Source of the DNA: an uncultured Chloroflexia bacterium
GTDB lineage: Bacteria; Chloroflexota; Limnocylindria; Limnocylindrales; CSP1-4
Assembly: GCA_963748625.1 (NCBI GenBank)
Contig: CAVVJT010000007.1
Coordinates: 384,001-448,000, forward strand
DNA length: 64,000 nucleotides
Reading direction: 5' to 3'
Shown: positions 55,829 through 64,000 of the stretch, piece by piece
Position numbering within the stretch: the first letter of the stretch is position 1
Layout: every line of letters starts with the position of its first letter
Notes under the pieces: generated by a model
Databases searched by the model: none
What the model saw: the letters and a program-made list of their open reading frames with translations, nothing else
Told to the model about the DNA's origin: nothing
Translations under genes and position numbers: made by a program

Positions 55829-55894
55829 GTCAACACCCGGTTCACGGGCCGTTCGCGGGACGTTCACGCGCCGTTCCAGTTCGGTCACGGGCAG
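55829..55894. promoter_or_regulatory. PHO-box-like array of 11-nt direct repeats upstream of the phoX-like gene
   Basis: GTCAAC (55829), GTTCAC (55840), GTTCGC (55851), GTTCAC (55862), GTTCCA (55873), GTCAC (55884), at an exact 11-nt period. Confidence 0.72.
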
Positions 55895-56008
55895 GGCGGC
55901 CCGTCGCTCGCGGGCCGGGTCACGACGCGCCCGTCGCGCGTCTTCACTGCGACCGGATGACGTGCGGACCTCGCCAGCACCACGCCGGCCGACTAGGATC
56001 AGCCGACC

Positions 56009-57682
56009 ATGGAGACCTTGCTGGACCTGCTCGAGGAGAGCGCCGCGCGCTTCGGGGACCGCAACGCGCTCGGCCTACGCCGCGACGACGGCACGACCTT
56101 CCACTGGACGCAACGCGAGCTGGTCCGCCGCAGCCGGCTGGCCGCCTGGCGCCTGCGCGCGATCGGCCTGCACCCGGGTGACCGCGTGCTGACCTGGTCA
56201 CCCTCCACGCCCGCGCTGCCCGCCGCCTACTTCGGCTCGATGTACGCGCGCTTGATCTACGTCCCGCTGGACTCGCGGATGAGCACCGACGCGATCGCCG
56301 GGATCGTCGCCACCTCGGGTGCCGTGCATCTGCTGCTGGGCACCGGCCGCGACGCCCCGGACCCGCGCGAGGTTGGGCTCGACGGCTTCCCGACCACCAC
56401 CATCGAGGAGCTCTCTGCCGACCCGGACGACACCTTCCCGGCCGACTGGGAGAACCAGGTCGTCGCCTGGGAGCGCCCCCGGCCGGACGACGTCTACCAG
56501 CTGGTGTTCACGTCGGGCACCACGGGCAACCCCAAGGGCGTGATGCTGGCCCACGAGAACTCGCTCGCGGGCGTGCAGTCCTTCCACGGGATCATCACGC
56601 CGATGGAGCACCGCGTTGTGTCGCTGCTCCCGCTCTCCCACTCGCTGGAGCAGCAGGTCACGCTGTTCTACGCGCTGAGCGTGGGCGCCGACGTGCTCTA
56701 CGTCCGCAGCCGCAACCCCCGGGTCATCTTCGACAGCCTGCGCGAGCACAAGGTGTCCACGCTGCTGCTGGTGCCCCAGGTGATCGACCTGTTCTGGAGT
56801 GCGATCGAGCGCGAGGTGGCCAAGCAGGGCAAGGCGGCATCGTTCGAGCGGCTGCGGGGGATCGCCCGGCGGCTCCCCTACCCGGCGCGCCGCCTGCTGT
56901 TCCGGCAGGTGCACGCCCAGCTGGGCGGCGGATTGCGGCTGATCGTGTCGGCTGGGGCGTTCCTGCCGCCCGCCCTCCAGCAGGCCTGGGAGGACATCGG
57001 CGTCATCGTGATCCAGGGCTACGGCGCCACCGAGACCGCGGCCGGCTGCGCGACCACCATGACCGACCACCCGCTCGGCTGCGTCGGCTGGCCACCCAAG
57101 CCGGTGGAGATGCGGATCGCCGAGGACGGTGAGATCCAGTTCCGCGGCCCGACGCTGTTCAAGGGGTACTGGAACAACCCCGACGCGACGTCTGCCGCCC
57201 TCACGCCCGACGGCTGGTACATGTCGGGCGACCTGGGCAAGCTCGATGCGCGCGGGCGGCTCCACCTGCACGGGCGCAAGAAGGACATCATCGTCTTGCC
57301 CAACGGGTTCAACGTGTACCCGGAGGACATCGAGAACGCCCTGCGGGTGGCGGGGATCCGGGATTCGGTGGCAGTCGAGACGCGCCCGGGCCGGATCGAG
57401 GTGGTAGTGCTTGCACCCGGGACGCATGCGGCGCCGGGCGACCAGCGCGCTGCCAACGCCCTGGAAGGTGCGCTGCCCGATGCGGTGCGCGCGGAGATCG
57501 AGTCAGCGGTGAAGGCCGCGAACGCCGCACTTGGACCTAGCCAGCGGATCGCGGGCTGGCGGCTCTGGCCCGACACGGACTTCCCGCGGACGCACACCTT
57601 CAAGGTGAAGCGGGACCGGGTGCGGACGTGGGCCGCCGTGGACACACCGCTGCTGGTCGACGAGGACGGCCCGCGCGCCTGA
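56009..57682 (+). CDS. AMP-binding enzyme (long-chain acyl-CoA synthetase-like)
   Basis: FTSGTTGNPKGVML, LPLSH, QGYGATE, GWYMSGDLG, GRKKDIIV..G.NVYPEDIE. Confidence 0.93.
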   Translation: METLLDLLEESAARFGDRNALGLRRDDGTTFHWTQRELVRRSRLAAWRLRAIGLHPGDRVLTWSPSTPALPAAYFGSMYARLIYVPLDSRMSTDAIAGIVATSGAVHLLLGTGRDAPDPREVGLDGFPTTTIEELSADPDDTFPADWENQVVAWERPRPDDVYQLVFTSGTTGNPKGVMLAHENSLAGVQSFHGIITPMEHRVVSLLPLSHSLEQQVTLFYALSVGADVLYVRSRNPRVIFDSLREHKVSTLLLVPQVIDLFWSAIEREVAKQGKAASFERLRGIARRLPYPARRLLFRQVHAQLGGGLRLIVSAGAFLPPALQQAWEDIGVIVIQGYGATETAAGCATTMTDHPLGCVGWPPKPVEMRIAEDGEIQFRGPTLFKGYWNNPDATSAALTPDGWYMSGDLGKLDARGRLHLHGRKKDIIVLPNGFNVYPEDIENALRVAGIRDSVAVETRPGRIEVVVLAPGTHAAPGDQRAANALEGALPDAVRAEIESAVKAANAALGPSQRIAGWRLWPDTDFPRTHTFKVKRDRVRTWAAVDTPLLVDEDGPRA

Positions 57683-57714
57683 CTGGCCCGCCCCGCGCGC
57701 CTGACTGGCCCGCC
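57671..57714 (+). repeat. Exact 22-bp tandem duplication spanning the stop codon
   Basis: ccgcgcgcctgactggcccgcc occurs twice in tandem. Confidence 0.85.
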
Positions 57715-57724
57715 CGGCCATGGA

Positions 57725-58180
57725 TCAGCGGACGCGGCCCTCGCGCATCAGGGCGAGCGCCTTCTCGACGCGACGCGCCTTCGTCTCGGGGTTCCTCGTC
57801 CCGGCGACGCTCTCGGTGAACACCCGCTTGTTGGAGTACGAGAGCCCGTCAAAGAACGCCTTGGCGGCCGGATCCGCCTCCAGCGCGGCCGCGAGCTCCG
57901 GGGGGACCTCGATCTCGCGTGGGGCGGTGTCGAGCACGAGGGTGACGGTGACCTCATCGCCAGCCTTCAGACCGGATGCCTCGCCGTGGGCCGAGGCCAG
58001 GCCGAACCAGTACTCGCCGCCCATCCGCGCCACGGATGTCCGGTACGTGTAATCGTTCAGGGTGGCGACCACCTTGGGGTGACCTCCGCCGCCAAGGGCC
58101 TCGACGATCTCGTCGGGGACGCGGACGCCGCAGGTGGCCTTGCCGGTTCCAACGAGGGTGGCGCGAAACGTCTGGCTCAT
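57725..58180 (-). CDS. DUF1905 + YdeI/OmpD-associated family protein
   Basis: VPDEIVEALG, YRTSVARMGG, PREIEVPPELAAAL, FDGLSYS, ETKARRVEKA. Confidence 0.9.
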   Translation of the reverse strand: MSQTFRATLVGTGKATCGVRVPDEIVEALGGGGHPKVVATLNDYTYRTSVARMGGEYWFGLASAHGEASGLKAGDEVTVTLVLDTAPREIEVPPELAAALEADPAAKAFFDGLSYSNKRVFTESVAGTRNPETKARRVEKALALMREGRVR

Positions 58181-58232
58181 GGACGGGCAGTCTAGCCGCG
58201 ATGACGACCGAGGGATTGGCGTGCAGGCGAAG

Positions 58233-58742
58233 ATGCGGGTGGTGCTCTCGCTGCTGGGGCTGGTGGTCGGGTTCGTCCTGATCACGGCTGCAGCACGGGC
58301 GTTGCCCCCGTCCCCGGAGGACCAGCTCGCGACGGCCCGTCGGTTCGAGGAGCTGCTGGTGCTCATGGATGACCTCGGCCTCGACGGCTGGCACGACTGC
58401 CCGACCTGCCAGCCGATCGACATCCGGCCTGGGGCGTCACCCGCCCCGCTGCCGTCAGGCACCACCGCGTTCGACACGCTGAAGGCGGCGACGGCGGGGA
58501 TCGTGCCGGGCGGGCGGCTCGTGGAGATCACGACGCTGGCACCTGCGGGAGATCAGGCTCCGACGACGGACGCGGGAGGCCGGGTGGTCCAGTTCACCGT
58601 GGTTGCGCGGTCGATGCTGGGCGGCGAGACCGGCCACGACCTGTGGCTGTGGACCTGGTACGAGGACCCCCAGTCGGTCGGGCCGTGGTCGCTCAACGAG
58701 CACTGGGAGTTCGAGGCGACCGGCGCTCCCGAGGGAGACTGA
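58233..58742 (+). CDS. Exported hypothetical protein
   Basis: N-terminal hydrophobic segment, CPTC motif, natural composition. Confidence 0.6.
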   Translation: MRVVLSLLGLVVGFVLITAAARALPPSPEDQLATARRFEELLVLMDDLGLDGWHDCPTCQPIDIRPGASPAPLPSGTTAFDTLKAATAGIVPGGRLVEITTLAPAGDQAPTTDAGGRVVQFTVVARSMLGGETGHDLWLWTWYEDPQSVGPWSLNEHWEFEATGAPEGD

Positions 58743-58799
58743 GCAGACGGGCGCTCGGCGGTCGGCGGCCACACCAAGGGCGCCCCCCTGGGCGGGCCG

Positions 58800-59390
58800 T
58801 CAGGGTCGGACCGGCTCTCCCAGTCCTGCGAGCGCGGTGGCCACGGCAGCCGCACCGCCGGTGGGCGACACCTCGGGGGACCAGGTGAAGAACACGAGCG
58901 TCGGCCCGATCCGCTGCATCACGAACTGGCTGTCGCGGGGGTAGGAGAGCGAGCCCGGGCCGTTGCTCGCGAACTCGAGCATCTCCCGTCCAGCATCGTC
59001 GGCCGCGGTCGCCGAGGGCAGCTCGTAGATCACCACGTACCCGTTCTGCGGGTCGTCGGGCAGGACCGCCTGGACCAGCCTGCGCGGCGCGGTCGCCAGC
59101 GACGGGCTCTCCCCGGGCCGGTATTGCGAGAGCGGGTCCTGGGTCTGCAGGCCGGCGCTCTGGAGCGCATGCACCACCTGGGTGTGCGTTCGCTCGGCCG
59201 CGGCGGTCGTCGGCGGGATGCTCGGCGGCACGGAGCCCAGCCGGACCCCGATACCGAGCATCGGCAGCAGCACGAGGATCATGCCGGCGACCAGGCTGCC
59301 GACGGCCAGCACGACGAACCAGGCAGGCGGGCCTCCACGCTTGCCGGTGGCCGGTGCGGAACCCCCGGCGGAGCCCGGTGCCGTCGTCAT
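58800..59390 (-). CDS. Membrane-anchored hypothetical protein
   Basis: Single TM then a soluble domain; start overlaps the HIT stop (ATGA). Confidence 0.75.
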   Translation of the reverse strand: MTTAPGSAGGSAPATGKRGGPPAWFVVLAVGSLVAGMILVLLPMLGIGVRLGSVPPSIPPTTAAAERTHTQVVHALQSAGLQTQDPLSQYRPGESPSLATAPRRLVQAVLPDDPQNGYVVIYELPSATAADDAGREMLEFASNGPGSLSYPRDSQFVMQRIGPTLVFFTWSPEVSPTGGAAAVATALAGLGEPVRP

Positions 59391-59731
59391 CCGGGCGGCC
59401 ACCCGAGGCCGCGCCCGCCGAGCAGGTGGTAGTGAAGGTGCTGCACCGACTGGCCCGCGTCGGGCCCGACATTGGTCACCAGGCGCCAGCCGCCGTCGAG
59501 CCCCTCGGCGCGCGCGATGTCCGCGGCGACGGCGAAGAGGCGCCCGAGCAATGGCGCGTCGGTCTCCGACAGGTCGGCGGCGGACGCGACGTGGGCCATC
59601 GGGATCACAAGGACGTGGACGGGGGCCTGGGGGTTGATGTCCCGGATCGCGAACACGAGGTTGTCCTCGTGCACCTTGGGCACCGGGATCTCCCCGCCGG
59701 CCATCCGGCAGAACAGGCAGTCAGCGCTCAT
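59387..59731 (-). CDS. HIT family nucleotide-binding protein (HinT-like)
   Basis: DCLFC, DINPQAPVHVLVIP, GQSVQHLHYHLLGGR, WPPG*. Confidence 0.96.
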   Translation of the reverse strand: MSADCLFCRMAGGEIPVPKVHEDNLVFAIRDINPQAPVHVLVIPMAHVASAADLSETDAPLLGRLFAVAADIARAEGLDGGWRLVTNVGPDAGQSVQHLHYHLLGGRGLGWPPG

Positions 59732-59819
59732 GGCGCGAAGGGTACGGGAGGCGGGTGGTTCCTGCCGTTGGGAGCTCCAGGGCGGCACCTGAGCGGCTCC
59801 AACAGATCCCTGGACCCAT

Positions 59820-61394
59820 TCAACCGGTGACCTGCACCGGAACCGCCGCCCGCAGTGTCCGCCGGGGCGGATCCAAGGCCAGGATCCCACCCTCGACACG
59901 CTCCGGTGTGTCCTCGTCCACGACCTCGCGGCGCACGTGGGCGATGACGTTCTCCAGGTCAGCGGGATCGCCGGGCCGCGGTGCGACCACGACCAGCACA
60001 TGGTCCTCAGCGTGTCCGACCCAGCGGCCGTCGTCCAGGCGTGACTCGAGGAGCACCCGTGACTCCGTGCCCAGCGTCCGGCGCGCGAACGCCTCCTTCG
60101 CCTCCGCGGCCAGGTCCAGCAGCCGGGCCGCGCGGGCCTTCTTGATCTTCTCGGGCACCTGGCCGGCCATCCGCGTTGCCGGCGTGTCCGGGCGGGTGGA
60201 GTAGCGGAACACGTGGAGGCCGGCCGGATCCAGCCCGCGGATGAAGGCGAGCGAGCGCTCGAAGGCGGCCTCGTCCTCGGTGGGAAAGCCCGCGATCACG
60301 TCCGCGTGGACGGCGACGCCCGGGATGGCCGCGCGCACCCGCTCCACGACCCGGGCGTACTCGGCCGAGAGGTAGCGGCGGCCCATCCGGCGCAGCACGC
60401 CGTCATCGCCGCTCTGGAGCGGGAGATGGACGTGAGGCAGGGTCCTCGGCGAACCGTCCACCCAGGCCGCCAGCAGCTCGTCGTCCACGTGCTGCGGCTC
60501 GATGGACGAGAGCCGGATCCGCTCGACATCGGTCTCTTGGAGCAGGCGGCGCACCAGTCCTGCCAGCGTGAGCGCGCTCCGCACATGCGACCCTCGGGCG
60601 CCCCGCTCCGACCAGCCACCGTCGTACGTGCCGATGTTGATCCCGGTCAGCACGATCTCCCGGTGGCCGGCGTCCAGGGCCCGGCGCACGTCGGCGAGGA
60701 CGACCTCGGGCGGGAGCGAGCGCTCGGGGCCGCGGGCCCGCGGGATGATGCAGAACGTGCAGTGGAAGGAGCAGCCATCCTGCACCTTCACGAACGCACG
60801 CGTCCGCTCCACCGAGGCGCGGTCGTCGACGACGCCGTCGAAGGGTGCCCCGACGACCGCCTCGACGCCGGACAAGGTGGGCAGGGCAGCGCCCAGCGGA
60901 GCATGCGTGGCGGCGGTCGCCGCGGCAGCGCCGCCAGGGGCAGCGCCGTCAGCTACGTGCAGGTCGGGGATGCGCAGGTCGGGGATGCGCAGGAGCGCCT
61001 CCAGTTCCGCGAGGAACGCGCCCTTCTCCTCGTTGCCCACCAGACGCGCCCGGGCGTCCACCGCGGCGAAGACTGCCGGATCCACCTGGACGGAGCAGCC
61101 GGTGACGACCACCTGGGCCTCCGGGTTCGCGCGGCGGGCGCGGCGGACGGCCGCTCGCGACTTCTCGTCTGCGGTGGTGGTGACGGTGCAGGTGTTCACC
61201 AGCACGAGGTCAGCGAGAGCGGCAGGATCCACGAGCGGGATGCCGGCCGCACGGAGAAGGCGGGCTGCACCTTCCATCTCGGACTGGTTCACCTTGCAGC
61301 CGAGATTGACGATGGCCGCACTGCGGGGTCGCGCGGGCGCGCCGGAGTCGGCGGATGCCGGTGTGCCCGGGCCGGGGGAGCCGGGCTCGATCAC
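59820..61394 (-). CDS. mtaB: tRNA t6A37 methylthiotransferase (radical SAM)
   Basis: NLGCKVNQSE, NTCTVT, TRAFVKVQDGCSFHCTFCIIP, IRLSSIEP, HLPLQSG, HVFRYSTRPDTPA. Confidence 0.92.
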   Translation of the reverse strand: MIEPGSPGPGTPASADSGAPARPRSAAIVNLGCKVNQSEMEGAARLLRAAGIPLVDPAALADLVLVNTCTVTTTADEKSRAAVRRARRANPEAQVVVTGCSVQVDPAVFAAVDARARLVGNEEKGAFLAELEALLRIPDLRIPDLHVADGAAPGGAAAATAATHAPLGAALPTLSGVEAVVGAPFDGVVDDRASVERTRAFVKVQDGCSFHCTFCIIPRARGPERSLPPEVVLADVRRALDAGHREIVLTGINIGTYDGGWSERGARGSHVRSALTLAGLVRRLLQETDVERIRLSSIEPQHVDDELLAAWVDGSPRTLPHVHLPLQSGDDGVLRRMGRRYLSAEYARVVERVRAAIPGVAVHADVIAGFPTEDEAAFERSLAFIRGLDPAGLHVFRYSTRPDTPATRMAGQVPEKIKKARAARLLDLAAEAKEAFARRTLGTESRVLLESRLDDGRWVGHAEDHVLVVVAPRPGDPADLENVIAHVRREVVDEDTPERVEGGILALDPPRRTLRAAVPVQVTG

Positions 61395-61879
61395 CACAGC
61401 GCGGGCTTCTGGGACATCAGGAACGCGATCAGGCCCACGGCGGTCGTGATCGCGTAGGCCACGTAGCGCTGCCGCTTGGCGCCCTCGCGCCAGCGGGCGC
61501 GATCCTCGTCGGTGGTGATCGCCTCGCGCCGGAGCAGGCGGCGCAGGCTCGGGCGCTGGACGGCGAACGCCACGATGGCGACCGCCGCGTAGGTCACGAG
61601 GCTCACCATCAGCCACGACTGCTCGAGCATGCGCGGACCCAGGACGGTGAGCATGGCGATCCCGGTGAGCGCAAGGCCGATGCCGATGACGAAGGAGCCG
61701 TGCGCCTGCATCCACAGCATCAGCCGCAGGAGCCGGCCCGGCTGCTCCTGCTCCGCGCCCGGCGCGACCGAGCGGTTGCGCAGCGTGAACGGCAGCAGCA
61801 GCGACGGGACGAGCAGCGAGATCGCCAGGGTGATGTGCGTGGCGAGGATGGCAGGGAACAGGGAGGACAGGTCGGGCAT
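61391..61879 (-). CDS. 4-TM membrane protein (DUF2269-like)
   Basis: Four hydrophobic segments, N-terminal H(I) and C-terminal LMSQKP. Confidence 0.7.
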   Translation of the reverse strand: MPDLSSLFPAILATHITLAISLLVPSLLLPFTLRNRSVAPGAEQEQPGRLLRLMLWMQAHGSFVIGIGLALTGIAMLTVLGPRMLEQSWLMVSLVTYAAVAIVAFAVQRPSLRRLLRREAITTDEDRARWREGAKRQRYVAYAITTAVGLIAFLMSQKPALW

Positions 61880-61956
61880 CTCGCTCGAACGTTCGGCACG
61901 CGGCGCGGCCCGGATGGCGGGCGCGCGGTGGGCAGGATCGTACCGCAGGGTGCGGT

Positions 61957-62400
61957 TCAGGCCGGTTTGCGGCCCGTGGAGTCCGGCAGCGCGATCACGG
62001 GGTGTCCCTCCGCCCGAGCCACTGCAAGGAGCGCCCGGTCCGTCGTTGCCACCGGCTCGCGATGGAGCATCGCCGTGGCAAGGATCACGCAGTCGGCAAG
62101 GGACACCGCACGGTCACGACCGTTCCAGTGACGGGCACGCAGCAGGCCGGCGAGCCGCGCGGTGTCGGCATCGGGCGGGTAGACCTCCAGCCCACCGGCG
62201 AACAGCAGCTCAAGCGCACGATCGCAGGCGTCCACCCGAAGACTGTGAGTTCGCACGAGAACATCCATCGCCTCTCCGATCGTGATCGCAGACACCGCCG
62301 CAATCCCGTCGTCGGGGTCTCGCAGGATCGCCCCGACGGCTACTGCACAAGGCTGCCCCAGGAGGGCGCCGATCACGGCGCTGCTGTCCAGGACAGTCAC
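61957..62400 (-). CDS. PIN domain toxin (VapC-like)
   Basis: VLDSSAV, SAITIGE, SLADCVILA, VATTD. Confidence 0.9.
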   Translation of the reverse strand: MTVLDSSAVIGALLGQPCAVAVGAILRDPDDGIAAVSAITIGEAMDVLVRTHSLRVDACDRALELLFAGGLEVYPPDADTARLAGLLRARHWNGRDRAVSLADCVILATAMLHREPVATTDRALLAVARAEGHPVIALPDSTGRKPA

Positions 62401-62642
62401 GACCAGCCGCGCCGCCGGTACACGTAGTCCTCTTCCTCGCGAAGCTGGGCGATCGCCTCCTCGGCGGTTGGTCCATCGGACTTGAGAGACCCGATCGCGG
62501 CTGCGATAGGGTCGTCGGGGATGGGTCGGAGCACGATCGAGTCGCCGCTGTCGACGAGCAGCAGTCTGGTGGTCCCCCAGCGGTGGCGGATGTCGGCCGG
62601 AATGGAGATCTGGCCTCCACGTGAGATTGTGGCAATCCTCAT
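62397..62642 (-). CDS. AbrB/MazE/SpoVT family antitoxin
   Basis: ISRGGQISIPADIRHRWG...IVLRP; stop overlaps the toxin start (GTGA). Confidence 0.9.
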   Translation of the reverse strand: MRIATISRGGQISIPADIRHRWGTTRLLLVDSGDSIVLRPIPDDPIAAAIGSLKSDGPTAEEAIAQLREEEDYVYRRRGWS

Positions 62643-62683
62643 GCGAATCAGCCTAGTTCATGCGTCAAGGCTCTCTCGCATGA
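62639..62683. promoter_or_regulatory. Candidate autoregulatory operator of the TA operon
   Basis: TCATGCG at 62639 and 62658 and its inverse CGCATGA at 62677, around a TAGGCT -10-like box 7 nt before the ATG. Confidence 0.6.
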
Positions 62684-62695
62684 TCCACGAGCTTG

Positions 62696-63733
62696 TCAGG
62701 CCGGACGGACCACCTCGAGCGCCACCCAGTCGCCTTCAGCCCAGCGGTTCGCGATGCGCAGCCCGCGAGCCTCGAACGCCGCGACCACCTCGGCCTCGCG
62801 GTTGCTGAAGATGCCCGATGCGACCAGCGTGCCCCCCCGGCGCAGGTCCTCGACCAGGCCGTCGGCCAGCATCACCAGGAGCGATGCGATCAGGTTGGCC
62901 AGCACGATGTCGAAGGGACCCTCGCCGGACGGGGCGCTCCCCGCCCGCGCATGGATGACGCGGGCCAGCCGGTTGCGCCGCGCGTTGGCGTGGGACGCCT
63001 CCACCGCGATCGGATCGACGTCCACCGCGAGCACCTCGCGCGCGCCGAGCCTGGCCGCGGCGATCGAGAGGATGCCGGAGCCGGAGCCAACGTCGATCAC
63101 GCGCGCAGGTCCGCCATCGACGGCGCCGGTGGCGATGGCGCCCCGGTCCGCGAGCGACTCGAGCGCAGCGAGGCACAACCGGGTGGTCGGGTGGAGGCCG
63201 GTGCCGAAGGCCATGCCCGGGTCGAGCGCCAGGACCACGTCGTCGGGCTGGCGGCGGTGGCGGCGCCAGGTGGGCCGGATCACGATTCGCCGGCCGATCC
63301 GAAGCACAGGAAAGTGGACCTTCCACGCGTTCGCCCAGTCCGCCTCGTGGACGACCTGGCAGGCAAGCTCCCCGATGGGCCGCAGCCCGAAGGCCTGCAG
63401 GTGCCCGAGCTCCCGGTCGGCCTGGGCGACGGCGGCGCGCACGGTCGCGGCATCCAGGATCGGCAGGCTGGCACGCACCATCGCGGGCCGGGCGAGGTCC
63501 ACGCGCGCGGCAAGGCCGTCCTCGACCAGCTCGAAGGCGGGCTCCACGCTGGTGCCCCCTGAGGCGGCGCGCGAGAGGATCTCGGACACGGCCTCGACGG
63601 CCTCGTGGTCGGCCGCGACCGCGAGCTCCAGCCAGGCGTCCTTGGCGGCGATGGCAGCCGCGAGGTCGATCCCCTCGAGTGGGTCGCGCGCGTCGGGCAT
63701 GTCGGGGGCGTCGGGCGCGGGTGCCCCGCTCAC
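62696..63733 (-). CDS. prmA: Ribosomal protein L11 methyltransferase
   Basis: DWANAWK, LDPGMAFGTGLHPTTRLCL, DVGSGSGILSIAA, ANLIA, SGI. Confidence 0.95.
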   Translation of the reverse strand: MSGAPAPDAPDMPDARDPLEGIDLAAAIAAKDAWLELAVAADHEAVEAVSEILSRAASGGTSVEPAFELVEDGLAARVDLARPAMVRASLPILDAATVRAAVAQADRELGHLQAFGLRPIGELACQVVHEADWANAWKVHFPVLRIGRRIVIRPTWRRHRRQPDDVVLALDPGMAFGTGLHPTTRLCLAALESLADRGAIATGAVDGGPARVIDVGSGSGILSIAAARLGAREVLAVDVDPIAVEASHANARRNRLARVIHARAGSAPSGEGPFDIVLANLIASLLVMLADGLVEDLRRGGTLVASGIFSNREAEVVAAFEARGLRIANRWAEGDWVALEVVRPA

Positions 63734-64000
63734 AGACCGAGCTTCTCGCGCAGGCCACCGCCCTGTGCGACGTGCTCGCCGCCCTCCTTCGCGTACGCCT
63801 CGAGCAGCTCGCGCTGGCGCTTGGAGAGCTTGCTGGGCACGACCACGTTCGCGATCACGTGCAGGTCGCCCCGGACCGACTGGCGGCGCAGGTGCGGCAC
63901 GCCCTTGCCCTTGAGCTTGATCTCCGTGCCGGGCTGGGTGCCGGCCTTGATCTCGACCTCGACGTCCTCGCCGTCGACGGTGGGCACCGCGAGCTTCGTG
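63730..64000 (-). CDS. dnaJ: Chaperone DnaJ, C-terminal part
   Basis: VPTVDG..IKAGTQPG..LKGKGVP..RGDLHV..VVVPSKLSKRQRELL; directly upstream of prmA. Confidence 0.93.
   Translation of the reverse strand, partial: TKLAVPTVDGEDVEVEIKAGTQPGTEIKLKGKGVPHLRRQSVRGDLHVIANVVVPSKLSKRQRELLEAYAKEGGEHVAQGGGLREKLGL

Noticed and set aside
60959-60993. 15-nt duplication in mtaB (RIPDLRIPDLH)
   Set aside because: In-frame slippage within a low-complexity linker; no evident significance.
59820-61715. 631-aa MtaB with a long N-terminal extension
   Set aside because: The extension overlaps the upstream membrane gene in another frame; the coupled GTG at 61394 is the better start.

Overview
High-GC (roughly 70%+ by eye) bacterial chromosome window. 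Gene content and order suggest a monoderm lineage such as Chloroflexota or Actinomycetota (inference only). The housekeeping backbone is mostly on the minus strand: dnaJ(partial)-prmA-[AbrB/PIN toxin-antitoxin]-mtaB-HIT ... rpsU-yqeY-7TM/HD hydrolase ... ybeY ... pth-mfd ... apt-mtnA-like-GNAT-ahcY-S9 peptidase-metK(partial). Two accessory blocks interrupt it. (1) Three paralogous ~1,700-aa alpha-2-macroglobulin-like lipoproteins. All three replace the CxEQ thioester motif with RxD(S/T/Q), and each is preceded by an ECF-sigma-type promoter. (2) A ~12 kb minus-strand defence-like island at ~41.0-52.9 kb: winged-helix gene, wHTH/PLD-like nuclease gene, uracil-DNA glycosylase, type I R-M hsdM-hsdS, an orphan AbiEi-like regulator, a DUF3800 gene followed by a twin-hairpin RNA candidate, hsdR, a hypothetical gene, and a PD-(D/E)XK-like protein with tandem 12-aa repeats. 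A PhoX-like phosphatase has an upstream 11-bp-period PHO-box-like array. Patches at ~30.2-36.8 kb and ~41-55.7 kb are dense in indels that also break ybeY, so many frameshifts are probably sequencing or assembly errors and gene boundaries there are approximate. All family calls come from motif recognition by eye; no database searches were run. No rRNA, tRNA, CRISPR array or transposase was recognised.
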